This document shows positions 39,830-49,296 of a DNA stretch of 64,000 bases, piece after piece (the stretch's first letter is position 1; each line of letters opens with the position of its first letter). The stretch is from a virus. The notes under the pieces were generated by a model. The model made no database searches and was not told the DNA's origin. It worked only from the letters and a program-made list of their open reading frames with translations. Position numbers and translations under genes: made by a program. The stretch covers positions 32,001 through 96,000 of IMG/VR virus record IMGVR_UViG_3300030060_004050; one strand, 5' to 3'.

Positions 39830-40383
39830 ATATTTTTGTTGTAAACAAATCACCCGAAGAATCTGCTAAATCTCTGTGTGACAAGCACATCGTAAAAATG
39901 GTTCTAGAATCTGCACAGATGATTTCTACGGCGCATCGTGTTCTAGATGGATGGCCTTGTGAACGAAGAAATCCGAACGGAAGACTTGTTAAGGATTGGA
40001 TGTTGGACGATGAACGAGAGGATCTAATCTATAGAGGACACCAACCAAACCATCCGTGTACAATCTGGACAAGACAAACCACAGCAAACTATGACTGGCA
40101 TTGTGAACATGCAATGGAACTTTCAAGAGAGTATACTCGTCGCTATGACAAGGTACACAAGGTTACACCTATTCTAGAGTACCTATCTAAAAACCAACCC
40201 GAAAACCTTCCCGTAGGATCACTTACACCATTTGCACAAGCAATGCCTGAGATCTACAAAGATCCAGAAAATGCTGTTATTGCATATCGCAACTACTACA
40301 TCAATACAAAGGCAAGGTTTGCAAAATGGAAGATGGGAAACATTCCAATATGGTTCAAGGAGTCATGTATTGATAACGTTTGA
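39826..40383 (+). CDS. Pyrimidine-dimer DNA glycosylase/DenV-superfamily protein
   Basis: MNIF..DKHIVKMVLESAQMISTAHR; HQPNHPCTIW; FAQAMP; AYRNYY. Confidence 0.75.
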   Translation: MNIFVVNKSPEESAKSLCDKHIVKMVLESAQMISTAHRVLDGWPCERRNPNGRLVKDWMLDDEREDLIYRGHQPNHPCTIWTRQTTANYDWHCEHAMELSREYTRRYDKVHKVTPILEYLSKNQPENLPVGSLTPFAQAMPEIYKDPENAVIAYRNYYINTKARFAKWKMGNIPIWFKESCIDNV

Positions 40384-42082
40384 AACATTGAGTTGGAAGA
40401 ACTTTCTTTCAACAGGAAATCATAAAACAACTATTGATTTCACTAGACATAATAATACCTTGATCTCAGGAGAAAACGGTGCGGGTAAGTCAACTATGCT
40501 TGACGCACTTACTTTCTCTTTGTTTGGTAAATCGTTTCGTGGTATCAATATACCTCAACTTGTAAACTCCATCAACGAGAAAGAGTGTGAGGTAGAGATT
40601 AACTTTAAATTAGGATCCGATGACTATAAGGTGTTTAGAAGTCTAAAACCAAAGAAGTTTGAAATCTACAAAAATGGTGACTTGCTAGATCAAGATGCAA
40701 AAGCAAAAGACTACCAGAAGATTTTAGAAGAGCAGATTCTAAAAATGTCTTATAAGTCTTTTTGTCAAGTTGTTATTCTTGGTTCATCGAACTATGTTCC
40801 GTTCATGCAACTTAGTGCCTCCGACAGAAGACTCGTTGTTGAAAATCTTCTCGACATCGATGTGTTCTCCGTTATGAATACTCTTGTTCGAGCCAGACTG
40901 CAAATGACTAAAGAGTATGTGAAAGACATTGATACTAAGATTGAGATTACGAAAAACAAAGTAGATGACAAACAAAAACTAATCGAAACCCTAGAAAAGA
41001 AATCTAGTGACTCGGTGGAGGAGTATCAAAAAGAAATTGAACAGTCTAGAGACGCTGTAGAGGCACTAAATGTAGAAATCAAAGAACTCAGAAATGAAAT
41101 CTGCAAGATGATCCAGACTGTAAAAGATAGAGACTCTGAACCTAAGTCATTAATTAAAATGGAGTCTCTGGAGTCTCAACTAAAAACAAAGATAAAGACG
41201 ATTACTAAAAATGCAAAGTTTTACGAAGAAAACGATACATGTCCTACCTGTAAGCAAAACATCCAAGAACACCATAAGAAAAATGTGTGGGACGAAATGC
41301 AAAAGGAAAAAGAGGAAATTGAAACTGCTATCTCAGAACTGGGTGAGAAAATTGAAAGCAGCGAGAAAAGGTTAACAGAAATTAATCTTGTTCTGGAAAA
41401 AATCAGAGGACTAGAGGGAAACATATCCACCAAAGAAAGCGAGATAAGTGCCTCTAATCAATACATCGATAAGATGCAACGAAGCATCGAGTCTGTAAGT
41501 GTAGAAGGAACAGAGATCCAAGAAGCAAAGGATCAACTCAGTCAGTTTATCGGTGAAGGTAAAGGTCATGTAGAAAAAAGAAAAGATCTCATCGAAGATC
41601 GACATTACCTAGACATCGCATCAGTTCTTCTAAAAGACAGTGGGATTAAGTCTAAGATCATTAAGCACTACTTACCAATCATGAACAAACTGATTAATAA
41701 GTATCTAACGGATATGGACTTCTTCTGTCAGTTTAATCTAGACGAGAACTTTAACGAGACAATCAAGAGTCGCCATCGTGATGAGTTTTCCTACCACAGT
41801 TTCAGTGAAGGTGAACGATTGCGTATCGACCTGTCTTTGCTTCTTGCATGGCGAGAGATTGCACGACTGAAGAACAGCGTAAATTGCAACTTACTGATTC
41901 TTGATGAAGTGTTTGATTCAAGTCTTGACTCTGTTGGCACAGAGGAGTTTCTAAAACTATTGACATCATTTGGTAACCGTGCTAATATATTTGTAATCAG
42001 TCACAAGTCTGATACAATGACGGACAAGTTTCAGAATCACATCGTGTTTGAAAAGAAGAACAATTTTAGTAGGATAAAGTAA
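40370..42082 (+). CDS. gp46: Recombination ATPase gp46 (SMC/Rad50-like; TTG start at 40370)
   Basis: WKNFLSTGN; GENGAGKST; CPTCKQ hook; FSEGERLRIDL; LILDEVFDSSLD; AGGAG SD. Confidence 0.96.
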   Translation: MITFETLSWKNFLSTGNHKTTIDFTRHNNTLISGENGAGKSTMLDALTFSLFGKSFRGINIPQLVNSINEKECEVEINFKLGSDDYKVFRSLKPKKFEIYKNGDLLDQDAKAKDYQKILEEQILKMSYKSFCQVVILGSSNYVPFMQLSASDRRLVVENLLDIDVFSVMNTLVRARLQMTKEYVKDIDTKIEITKNKVDDKQKLIETLEKKSSDSVEEYQKEIEQSRDAVEALNVEIKELRNEICKMIQTVKDRDSEPKSLIKMESLESQLKTKIKTITKNAKFYEENDTCPTCKQNIQEHHKKNVWDEMQKEKEEIETAISELGEKIESSEKRLTEINLVLEKIRGLEGNISTKESEISASNQYIDKMQRSIESVSVEGTEIQEAKDQLSQFIGEGKGHVEKRKDLIEDRHYLDIASVLLKDSGIKSKIIKHYLPIMNKLINKYLTDMDFFCQFNLDENFNETIKSRHRDEFSYHSFSEGERLRIDLSLLLAWREIARLKNSVNCNLLILDEVFDSSLDSVGTEEFLKLLTSFGNRANIFVISHKSDTMTDKFQNHIVFEKKNNFSRIK

Positions 42083-42489
42083 TGTGTTTGTTTGATAATG
42101 ACACAAAAGAAGAAACAAAAGAATGCACTAAGTGTAAGCGAGAATTACCAAAGTCAAACTTCGGGCCTTCTAGTGGTGGAGTTTACTTACGAGGTGAGTG
42201 CAGAGAGTGCGCCCGTAAGGCAACAAAACTTGTTAAAGAACTAAGAGAGAAACAGAGCAAACCAAAAGAAACATATACTTGTCCCATATGTGAAAAAAAT
42301 ATAACAGAGATACAAGGTAATTCATGGTGCTTGGATCATGATCACAAAACAAAAAAATTCAGAGGTTGGTTATGTCATAAGTGTAATCGAGCCTTGGGAA
42401 ACTTTGACGATGATATTGAATTGCTTAAAAAAGCGATAGAGTACATAAAGAAAGATCGCAATGACGACACAAATCAAACCTTATTATGA
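42082..42489 (+). CDS. Endonuclease VII-family (putative free-standing homing) endonuclease
   Basis: CTKC..CREC; CPIC; LDHDH..FRGWLCHKCNRALG. Confidence 0.85.
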   Translation: MCLFDNDTKEETKECTKCKRELPKSNFGPSSGGVYLRGECRECARKATKLVKELREKQSKPKETYTCPICEKNITEIQGNSWCLDHDHKTKKFRGWLCHKCNRALGNFDDDIELLKKAIEYIKKDRNDDTNQTLL

Positions 42490-44056
42490 GCGAAACGAAC
42501 ATGTGATAAACTCACATGTAAACTGTAATTTCGAAGACTTGCTTGAGATGACTCCCGACGAGTTTCGTGAGTGGGTAGTTGAAATGCGTAAGGTGGTTAA
42601 GGATGCATGGGACACCCATGGTTGTCCTCCACGCACAGGAAAAGATGAAGAAGAAATCGTTGATGCTTTCAATAAGATTGCAGAGTATCCTGTTCATCAA
42701 TTTACACATACCGATGAACTGTCGGATGTAGAAAACGATGTAATCATCAACAAGTCTCGTATGGCAGTTGAAGTTGATCAGTGGTTCTCTAATATGTTCA
42801 AGACAAGAATTAACTACACGGAGAAGGACAACGGGTATTCAATTTATGATTTGGTTGCAGACGACAATCGCCTTGATCAAGTGGTAAAAGGTGCAATGCG
42901 ACACCTTCGCCGAGATTCTTTTTACACACATGCCTTGTCTGCGATAAAGCATGATAGTAAGTATGCTATTGTAGATGTGTCTTCTGGTGAAGAGTGGATG
43001 CAAGTGTTTTTTGATAATCCTAAAATCTTCAAAGGACATGACTTTCTTCTCGAACAAATTAAAATTAGAGAAGGCGTAAACTCCGGTTACTTTCAACTAG
43101 AGCAAGATGATGTTCTACAACTTACCAGAGAACAAGTAGAAAAATTTAAAGATAAGATGTCATACCGTCATCATTCTACATTTGACATTGATAATATGCC
43201 AGATGATAAAGTATATGCCATTAGAATTTACAAGACGGGAAGAAAAGTTTTTCCAGCAGGATTCAAGTCTTTTCGTATTGGATATATTCAACCTGCTGTA
43301 AACTTCCCACCAATGACTGCTAAATACTTGTATGAAAGATTTACAGATGACATTAAAAATCAAGAACGTATTGTCATCTATGATCCGTCAAGTGGTTGGG
43401 GCGGTCGTATACTTGGTGCTATGGGTGTTCGGGATGATCGTAGGATTCATTATGTGGGGACTGATCCTAATCCTGATAATCTTATTAATGATGGGACTTA
43501 TAGTAAGTATGAGTCTCTTGCCGATTTTTATAATACCAAGACATATCGCGGAAACCCATTCTTTTCAGAAACGAATACTTTCGACGTATTCCAAGAGGGT
43601 TCGGAAGTAATTCATCTAAACAAAGACTTTCAAAAATACAAGGGAAGTCTTGACTTGGTATTTACTTCACCCCCATACTTTAATAGAGAAGCGTACTCAG
43701 AGGACGACAACCAATCCTACAAGAAGTTTAATTCCTACGAGTCTTGGAGACATGGATTCCTACGTCCAACTCTAGAAACTTGCGTCGAATATTTGCGAGA
43801 AGAAAGATACCTTCTTTGGAATATTGCAGACCTTCTGGTTAGTGGTGACTATCTTCCTCTTGAAAAAGATAGCAGAGATATTCTAGAATCATTGGGTATG
43901 GAATATAAATATACTTTGAAGATGGCATTAGAGGGTATGCCTGGAAAGAACAGAATTGGTGAAGACGGAAAACCAACATGTAAAAATTTCTGTCAGGTTG
44001 ATGGTAAGTACCTAAAGTATGAACCAGTATTTGTATTCTGGAAACCCAAACAATGA
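42461..44056 (+). CDS. Amino-type (N4C/N6A) DNA methyltransferase-like protein
   Basis: YDPSSGWGGR SAM motif; FTSPPYF catalytic motif. Confidence 0.75.
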   Translation: MTTQIKPYYERNEHVINSHVNCNFEDLLEMTPDEFREWVVEMRKVVKDAWDTHGCPPRTGKDEEEIVDAFNKIAEYPVHQFTHTDELSDVENDVIINKSRMAVEVDQWFSNMFKTRINYTEKDNGYSIYDLVADDNRLDQVVKGAMRHLRRDSFYTHALSAIKHDSKYAIVDVSSGEEWMQVFFDNPKIFKGHDFLLEQIKIREGVNSGYFQLEQDDVLQLTREQVEKFKDKMSYRHHSTFDIDNMPDDKVYAIRIYKTGRKVFPAGFKSFRIGYIQPAVNFPPMTAKYLYERFTDDIKNQERIVIYDPSSGWGGRILGAMGVRDDRRIHYVGTDPNPDNLINDGTYSKYESLADFYNTKTYRGNPFFSETNTFDVFQEGSEVIHLNKDFQKYKGSLDLVFTSPPYFNREAYSEDDNQSYKKFNSYESWRHGFLRPTLETCVEYLREERYLLWNIADLLVSGDYLPLEKDSRDILESLGMEYKYTLKMALEGMPGKNRIGEDGKPTCKNFCQVDGKYLKYEPVFVFWKPKQ

Positions 44057-44955
44057 ATTGTTTAATTACAGGTGGAGCAGGACATATAGGATCTCACCTC
44101 GCCCTTAGATTGCACGAAGAGGGACATGAGGTTGACATCATCGATAACCTATCGGTAGGAAACCGTGATGCAATAAAAGATCTAGAAAATCTGGGATGGA
44201 AGGGCGAGTTTACTAAAGCAAGTATCAATGATCCTCAAATGGTGGCATATGCACTTCAATTAAAGAAGTATGATGTGTGTTTTCATTTAGCAGGTTACAC
44301 TGTCCCACAGGACTCTGTTGAAAAACCAGTGGTTTATTATGAAAACAACTTGTCCCCGTTTACTCAGTTTCTATCCTCTCTCATATTCCATGGTGTTAAT
44401 AGGGTAGTCTTGTGTAGAACTGAAAATACCTACACTCCTTGTGAAACATCTGCCAGAACAGTAGAGCAAATTATTTACGATGTATGTAAGGTAACTCCTA
44501 ACATAAACTACTCATCTTTTAGATTACCAGAGGTAGTTGGAAATAATATTGATGGTAAGATTGGAGACTATGGGTTTGGTAAAAAAAATAAACTCATTTG
44601 CAATTGTATGTCCGCATCTGCAAACATTATTCCGCAGGTGGTGGTGGACAATGGAGCCGATTCACACAAATTAATTCATGTGGATGATGTGGTTGAAGAA
44701 CTAATTAAGTCCTTAAGCGACACGAAGAATCAAATTCATCATGTAAACCCAGCCATAATTACAACTGCCAGAAGTATAGTTGAATCGTGTATAAAGGTAA
44801 CTGCCGGTAAATACCCTGTCATCGAGAAAAAGTATGATCAGGATCAAGTTGATACCGTCGATATTAAAGTAAATAAAAGTGCCTCTATAACTTGCCTAGA
44901 TACAATTACAAAATCAATTTGGAATTGGATCAAAAGAGTTAAAAAGATTCCTTGA
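44053..44955 (+). CDS. GalE-like NAD-dependent epimerase homologue, catalytic residues apparently lost
   Basis: TGGAGHIGSHL, HLAG, YYENN, IHVDD; no YxxxK. Confidence 0.7.
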   Translation: MNCLITGGAGHIGSHLALRLHEEGHEVDIIDNLSVGNRDAIKDLENLGWKGEFTKASINDPQMVAYALQLKKYDVCFHLAGYTVPQDSVEKPVVYYENNLSPFTQFLSSLIFHGVNRVVLCRTENTYTPCETSARTVEQIIYDVCKVTPNINYSSFRLPEVVGNNIDGKIGDYGFGKKNKLICNCMSASANIIPQVVVDNGADSHKLIHVDDVVEELIKSLSDTKNQIHHVNPAIITTARSIVESCIKVTAGKYPVIEKKYDQDQVDTVDIKVNKSASITCLDTITKSIWNWIKRVKKIP

Positions 44956-44979
44956 CTTCCTCAATATTTGTGTTATACT
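44952..44979 (+). promoter_or_regulatory. Sigma70-type promoter TTGACT-N16-TATACT (TGTG extended -10)
   Basis: Read directly; ATG at 44986, 6 nt after the -10. Confidence 0.8.
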
Positions 44980-44985
44980 ATTTAC

Positions 44986-45465
44986 ATGTCTAAGAAGAAA
45001 ACCAAGAAGACGGAACGAAAGTGGACTAGCGGGATTAACCCAAAGTCCAGTATGTCATATGAAAAATACATAAGGTCCGCCTTTCAGATGATCGATCCAA
45101 GGCGATTGACAATCCGAGAGTACAAACTGGCAGATAAAGAAGAGTATCCTGCATTTCAAAGAGGCAAAGATCTTCGCATCGTAGTGTTCTGGGATAATAA
45201 ACCTGCAATTGATACTAATGGTAGAAAGTATGAATTCATTATTGAAAATGCTTTCTGGAGGCAGTCAAACAAAAACAAAGAAGATCGTGAATATATGCGT
45301 GATCACGCAAACATTCATGTGAAGACGTTCCATGATGCTGTGCAACAGGGTAAGGAAACTGCCGCAGCAAAGAGAGCAAAGAAGAAAACAAAGAAAACAA
45401 CAAGGAAGACTCGGAGCAAAATTGGATCTACCCAAAAAGCATTCGAGGACGCAAAGAAAAAATGA
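44986..45465 (+). CDS. Basic hypothetical protein (start revised to ATG 44986)
   Basis: Lys-rich termini; upstream TTG start falls inside the promoter. Confidence 0.65.
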   Translation: MSKKKTKKTERKWTSGINPKSSMSYEKYIRSAFQMIDPRRLTIREYKLADKEEYPAFQRGKDLRIVVFWDNKPAIDTNGRKYEFIIENAFWRQSNKNKEDREYMRDHANIHVKTFHDAVQQGKETAAAKRAKKKTKKTTRKTRSKIGSTQKAFEDAKKK

Positions 45466-46313
45466 TTCTCATAGACAACAACCAATTAATCATTGCAAAT
45501 GTTTTTGCATCAATGAAACATCACAACATCGAAGATGAAAGCATTCTTCGACATCTTGTGGTAAACACTTATAGATTTTACAATAGCAAGTTCAAGGATA
45601 AGTATGGTGACATTGTAATCTGTCATGATTCTGCACACTGCTGGCGTAAAGACTTTTTTCCACTGTATAAGGCAAACAGAAAAGCAACAAAGGAAAAGTC
45701 AAAGCACGATTGGGATAAAATCTTTAACACCATGACAGAAATTCGTGGAGAGATTGAAGAGAACTTCCCTTGGAAGAATATTTCTGTTCCAAAGACAGAG
45801 GCAGATGATGTCATTGCATGTATCGCAAAGAACTCATCTCCCATGGAGCCAGTTTTGATTGTTTCTGCTGACAAAGACTTTCAACAACTACAGAAATATT
45901 CTAATGTGGAACAGTGGAGTCCGATGAAGCAAGACTTTTTGGTTTGCAATAATCCCGAAGACTTTCTTGTTTCTCATATTATTTCAGGTGATTCGTCAGA
46001 CGGAGTTCCAAATATTTTGTCGGACGATGATACCTTTATCGTAGAAGGTAAGCGTCAGCGTCCTTGTGGTAAAAAGAAGGTGCAAATCTTCAAGGATCGT
46101 TACTTGAATGAGAACACAATAGACGATGATGTAAAGAAAAATTGGGATAGAAATACAAAAATGATTGACTTCGATTCTATTCCAGAAGAAGTAGAAAAGG
46201 AAATCATGGAAGAATTTAATAAGGAACATGTTCGAGAAACCAAAAATATTTTCCCGTATCTCGTTGAACACAAGTTGATTCAACTTCTAGAGTCTGTGGA
46301 AGAATTGTACTGA
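45462..46313 (+). CDS. rnh: T4-type RNase H / 5'-3' exonuclease
   Basis: LIDNNQ; WRKDFFPLYKANRK; EADDVIA; SADKDFQQL; GDSSDGVPNILS. Confidence 0.93.
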   Translation: MILIDNNQLIIANVFASMKHHNIEDESILRHLVVNTYRFYNSKFKDKYGDIVICHDSAHCWRKDFFPLYKANRKATKEKSKHDWDKIFNTMTEIRGEIEENFPWKNISVPKTEADDVIACIAKNSSPMEPVLIVSADKDFQQLQKYSNVEQWSPMKQDFLVCNNPEDFLVSHIISGDSSDGVPNILSDDDTFIVEGKRQRPCGKKKVQIFKDRYLNENTIDDDVKKNWDRNTKMIDFDSIPEEVEKEIMEEFNKEHVRETKNIFPYLVEHKLIQLLESVEELY

Positions 46314-46316
46314 GCA

Positions 46317-46508
46317 ATGGCTAAGAACAAAAGAAAGAATCGGGGTAAGAAGCAAGGCGAGTCCTTACATTATGAAGACTACTATGATCTTCGAAAGACT
46401 ACAAAAAGACCTACAAAACATAGAAGAGTAAAGGATAAGAAATATCTTAAAGATATGATGCGGGGAGATATTGACATTGAATCGTATCACGACTATAATG
46501 GTAATTGA
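46317..46508 (+). CDS. Small basic hypothetical protein
   Basis: 63-aa ORF filling the rnh-gp45 gap. Confidence 0.5.
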   Translation: MAKNKRKNRGKKQGESLHYEDYYDLRKTTKRPTKHRRVKDKKYLKDMMRGDIDIESYHDYNGN

Positions 46509-46525
46509 ACACGGAGATCTAAATC

Positions 46526-47227
46526 ATGGAAACTACAATGACATCAACTAAAATTTCAAACGAAACTCTAGAAGTATTAAAGAACTTCTCATCAATCAAC
46601 TCAAATATTCTCGTTAAGGAGGGAAATGTACTGACTACCATTTCCCCCGTCAAGAATGTAATGGCAGAAGCAACTGTCCCCGAAACTTTCGATCAGGAGT
46701 TTGGTATCTGGGATCTTAACAAGTTCCTTGGAACCATTTCCCTTTTCGATAGTCCTGAGTTTATGTTTGAGGATAAGTTTGTAACGATCAGTTCGAGCAA
46801 AAACAATTCGTCTGTTCGATACTACTACTCAGAACCTTCTCTTCTTACCACGGTAAACAAGAAGATTAATATGCCCGAACCAGTTGTCACTTGTTCGATT
46901 ACCCAAAAGGTATTCAATGACATCCTTAAGGCATCTTCCGTTCTTCAGGTTAGCGACATTGCAATTCAGTCTGACTCCGACGAACTGCAAATTGTCGCAC
47001 TGGATAAGAAGGATAAGAGCAGCAACAGTTACTCCATCAAGATTGCAGACATGCCTATTGGTGGACCTACTTTTGCTTTCTACTTCAAGGCAGAAAACCT
47101 GAAGATGCTTCCGGGTGATTATGATGTAAACATCACGGAGAAGGTTGTGAGTGAGTTCACCAACACAAACCGAAGTCTTAAGTATTGGGTAGCACTGGAA
47201 TCTGACTCATACTACCAGGCACCATGA
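46526..47227 (+). CDS. gp45: Sliding clamp gp45
   Basis: TLEVLKNFSSINSNI; TISPVKNVMAEA; FGIWDLNKFL; ENLKMLPGDY; YWVALE. Confidence 0.95.
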   Translation: METTMTSTKISNETLEVLKNFSSINSNILVKEGNVLTTISPVKNVMAEATVPETFDQEFGIWDLNKFLGTISLFDSPEFMFEDKFVTISSSKNNSSVRYYYSEPSLLTTVNKKINMPEPVVTCSITQKVFNDILKASSVLQVSDIAIQSDSDELQIVALDKKDKSSNSYSIKIADMPIGGPTFAFYFKAENLKMLPGDYDVNITEKVVSEFTNTNRSLKYWVALESDSYYQAP

Positions 47228-48129
47228 ACACTTTAGTAACAGGTGGAAGTGGACTTGTTGGATCTTGTGTCGGAGGAACGCATAAACCGCGTTCTTCCGA
47301 TCTTGATCTATTAAATTATGATCAGGTATACCAATACATTAAAGATCACAACATAAAAAGAATAGTTCACTGTGCTGCTAGGGTGGGTGGTGTAAAAGAA
47401 AATACAGAAAAACCAGCAGACTTCTTCTATGACAATATGCAGATGACACTGAACGTAATTCATGCTGCTAAAGAATGTAATGTTGAAAAAGTTATTTGTA
47501 TGCTATCTACATGCATCTTTCCATATCAGGTAGAATATCCATTGACAACCGAACAGATTCATCTTGGAGAACCCCACCCGTCAAATTATGGGTATGGTTT
47601 TGCTAAGAGAATGACTGAAGTAAACGCTAGAGCATATAGAGAACAGTATGGAATGAATATAGTTACTGTTGTTCCGTGTAATGTATATGGCATAGGTGAC
47701 AATTTTAACTTGGATAGTTCTCATGTTATTCCGGGATTGATTCATAAGTATTATCTTGCATCAAGAGATGATACTGATGTTACAATCTGGGGAGGTGGAC
47801 AAGCAAAAAGAGAATTTATATACAATAAGGATCTGGGTAAAATTGTAGACTGGGTTGTTGACAACTATGATGATGAAGAGCCTCTTATAATTTCACCCGA
47901 TGAAGAAATTAGCATCGCTAGTCTTTCTAATGAAATTGCATCAATTTTTAGTTTCTTCAATACAATCTTTTTTGATAATTCGATGCCTGACGGAATGCTA
48001 AGAAAACCATCAGATAATAGCAAACTCAAAGAGTTGCTCCCTGATTTTTCTTATACATCTTTAGGAGAAGGACTTCAAGAAACCATAGATTGGTTTGTGG
48101 AAAATTACGATAAAGGTATTAGATTATGA
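47224..48129 (+). CDS. GDP-L-fucose/colitose synthase (Fcl/ColC-family epimerase-reductase)
   Basis: TGGSGLVG; HCAARVGGV; LSTCIFP; GEPHPSNYGYGFAKR; PCNVYGIGDNF..SHVIPGLI; REFIY; DGMLRK. Confidence 0.9.
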   Translation: MNTLVTGGSGLVGSCVGGTHKPRSSDLDLLNYDQVYQYIKDHNIKRIVHCAARVGGVKENTEKPADFFYDNMQMTLNVIHAAKECNVEKVICMLSTCIFPYQVEYPLTTEQIHLGEPHPSNYGYGFAKRMTEVNARAYREQYGMNIVTVVPCNVYGIGDNFNLDSSHVIPGLIHKYYLASRDDTDVTIWGGGQAKREFIYNKDLGKIVDWVVDNYDDEEPLIISPDEEISIASLSNEIASIFSFFNTIFFDNSMPDGMLRKPSDNSKLKELLPDFSYTSLGEGLQETIDWFVENYDKGIRL

Positions 48130-49295
48130 AAACCATGAAAAAATGGAAGTTGATGGATGATGCCATCACACAAGAACAAAGAGAAAAACTTGCAGCCTTC
48201 TGCTTAAAGAGCGACAGGTTTTCTCAGGGACAGGAAGTACGAAAATTTGAAGAACAGTGGAGCAAGTGGCAGGGTTGTAAATACTCTGTATTTTGCAATT
48301 CCGGTTCCTCTGCAAACTTCTTGATGGTGCAAGCAGCAAAAGAACTTTGGGCCCCGCACCCCGGAGCAACTTGGGTTTCTCAGGCATGTACATGGGCAAC
48401 TACAGTTTCTCCTATAATGATGTCGGGTGACAATTTGCAACTTTGTGATGTGAGTCTTCCCTCTCTTGGACCTGATAAAAAGAATCTTGAAAAGATTTTC
48501 CATGATGGTTGTTTTAATGGAGACTGTCCACGTTATCTTTTCCTCGCACACCTTCTAGGATTCTCTGCGATTGATAATGAAATTCTTCAAATGTGTGACT
48601 ACTATGGAGTAACTCTATTGGAAGATTGTTGCGAATCTCATGGTGCAACATACAGAGGGAGAAAGATTGGAAACTTTGGTGATATGTCCTCCTTCTCATT
48701 CTATTACGGTCATCATATGACAACGATTGAAGGCGGAATGGTTTGCACTAACCATAAAGATCTGTATGAAAAACTATTGCTCCTCCGCTCACATGGACTC
48801 ATGAGAGAACTACCAGAGGACTCAAAAGAAGAATATAAAGATCATGTGGTGGATGATAACTTTACTTTTATGTTGCCTGGTTTCAACATGAGATCCACCG
48901 ACTTCAATGCTATTCTAGGTCAAATGCAACTAGAAGATCTCGACAAACACAATGACATTCGAACAGAAAACTTCGATGTGTTTGCCAATAAATTAGACAG
49001 TGAAAAGTATTACACCGATTTTAGAACAGAAGGAAACTGTAGTTTTTGTTTCCCTGTTATTTGTAAAGATGGTGGATCGAAAAAACTAAGAGAAGTTCTA
49101 GAGAAAGAGGGTGTCGAAACTCGACCTGTTATTGCGGGTAACCTACACAGACATCCGTTCATGAAGAAAGTAAATCAGTTTAGATATGATGATAACGCAG
49201 AGATCGTTCATAAGAATGGTTTCTACATTGGTAACAACCACTCCGTGCAGACAGGAGATGTAGAGTGGTTGGTAGATTTATTGAATAGGAGTTGA
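48126..49295 (+). CDS. PLP/PMP-dependent DegT-family enzyme, ColD/E1-type 3-dehydratase
   Basis: NSGSSAN; EDCCESHGA; SFSFYYGHHMTTIEGG with His at the Schiff-base Lys position; LRSHG. Confidence 0.8.
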   Translation: MKTMKKWKLMDDAITQEQREKLAAFCLKSDRFSQGQEVRKFEEQWSKWQGCKYSVFCNSGSSANFLMVQAAKELWAPHPGATWVSQACTWATTVSPIMMSGDNLQLCDVSLPSLGPDKKNLEKIFHDGCFNGDCPRYLFLAHLLGFSAIDNEILQMCDYYGVTLLEDCCESHGATYRGRKIGNFGDMSSFSFYYGHHMTTIEGGMVCTNHKDLYEKLLLLRSHGLMRELPEDSKEEYKDHVVDDNFTFMLPGFNMRSTDFNAILGQMQLEDLDKHNDIRTENFDVFANKLDSEKYYTDFRTEGNCSFCFPVICKDGGSKKLREVLEKEGVETRPVIAGNLHRHPFMKKVNQFRYDDNAEIVHKNGFYIGNNHSVQTGDVEWLVDLLNRS

Positions 49296-49296
49296 T

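Noticed and set aside
40232-40369. ORF-track N-terminal extension of gp46
   Set aside because: Overlaps the DenV-like gene; TTG at 40370 with AGGAG matches the family N-terminus.
48126-49295. Call as GDP-perosamine synthase
   Set aside because: Perosamine synthase has a Lys in the equivalent motif (GNKxITTGEGG type); here it is GHHMTTIEGG.
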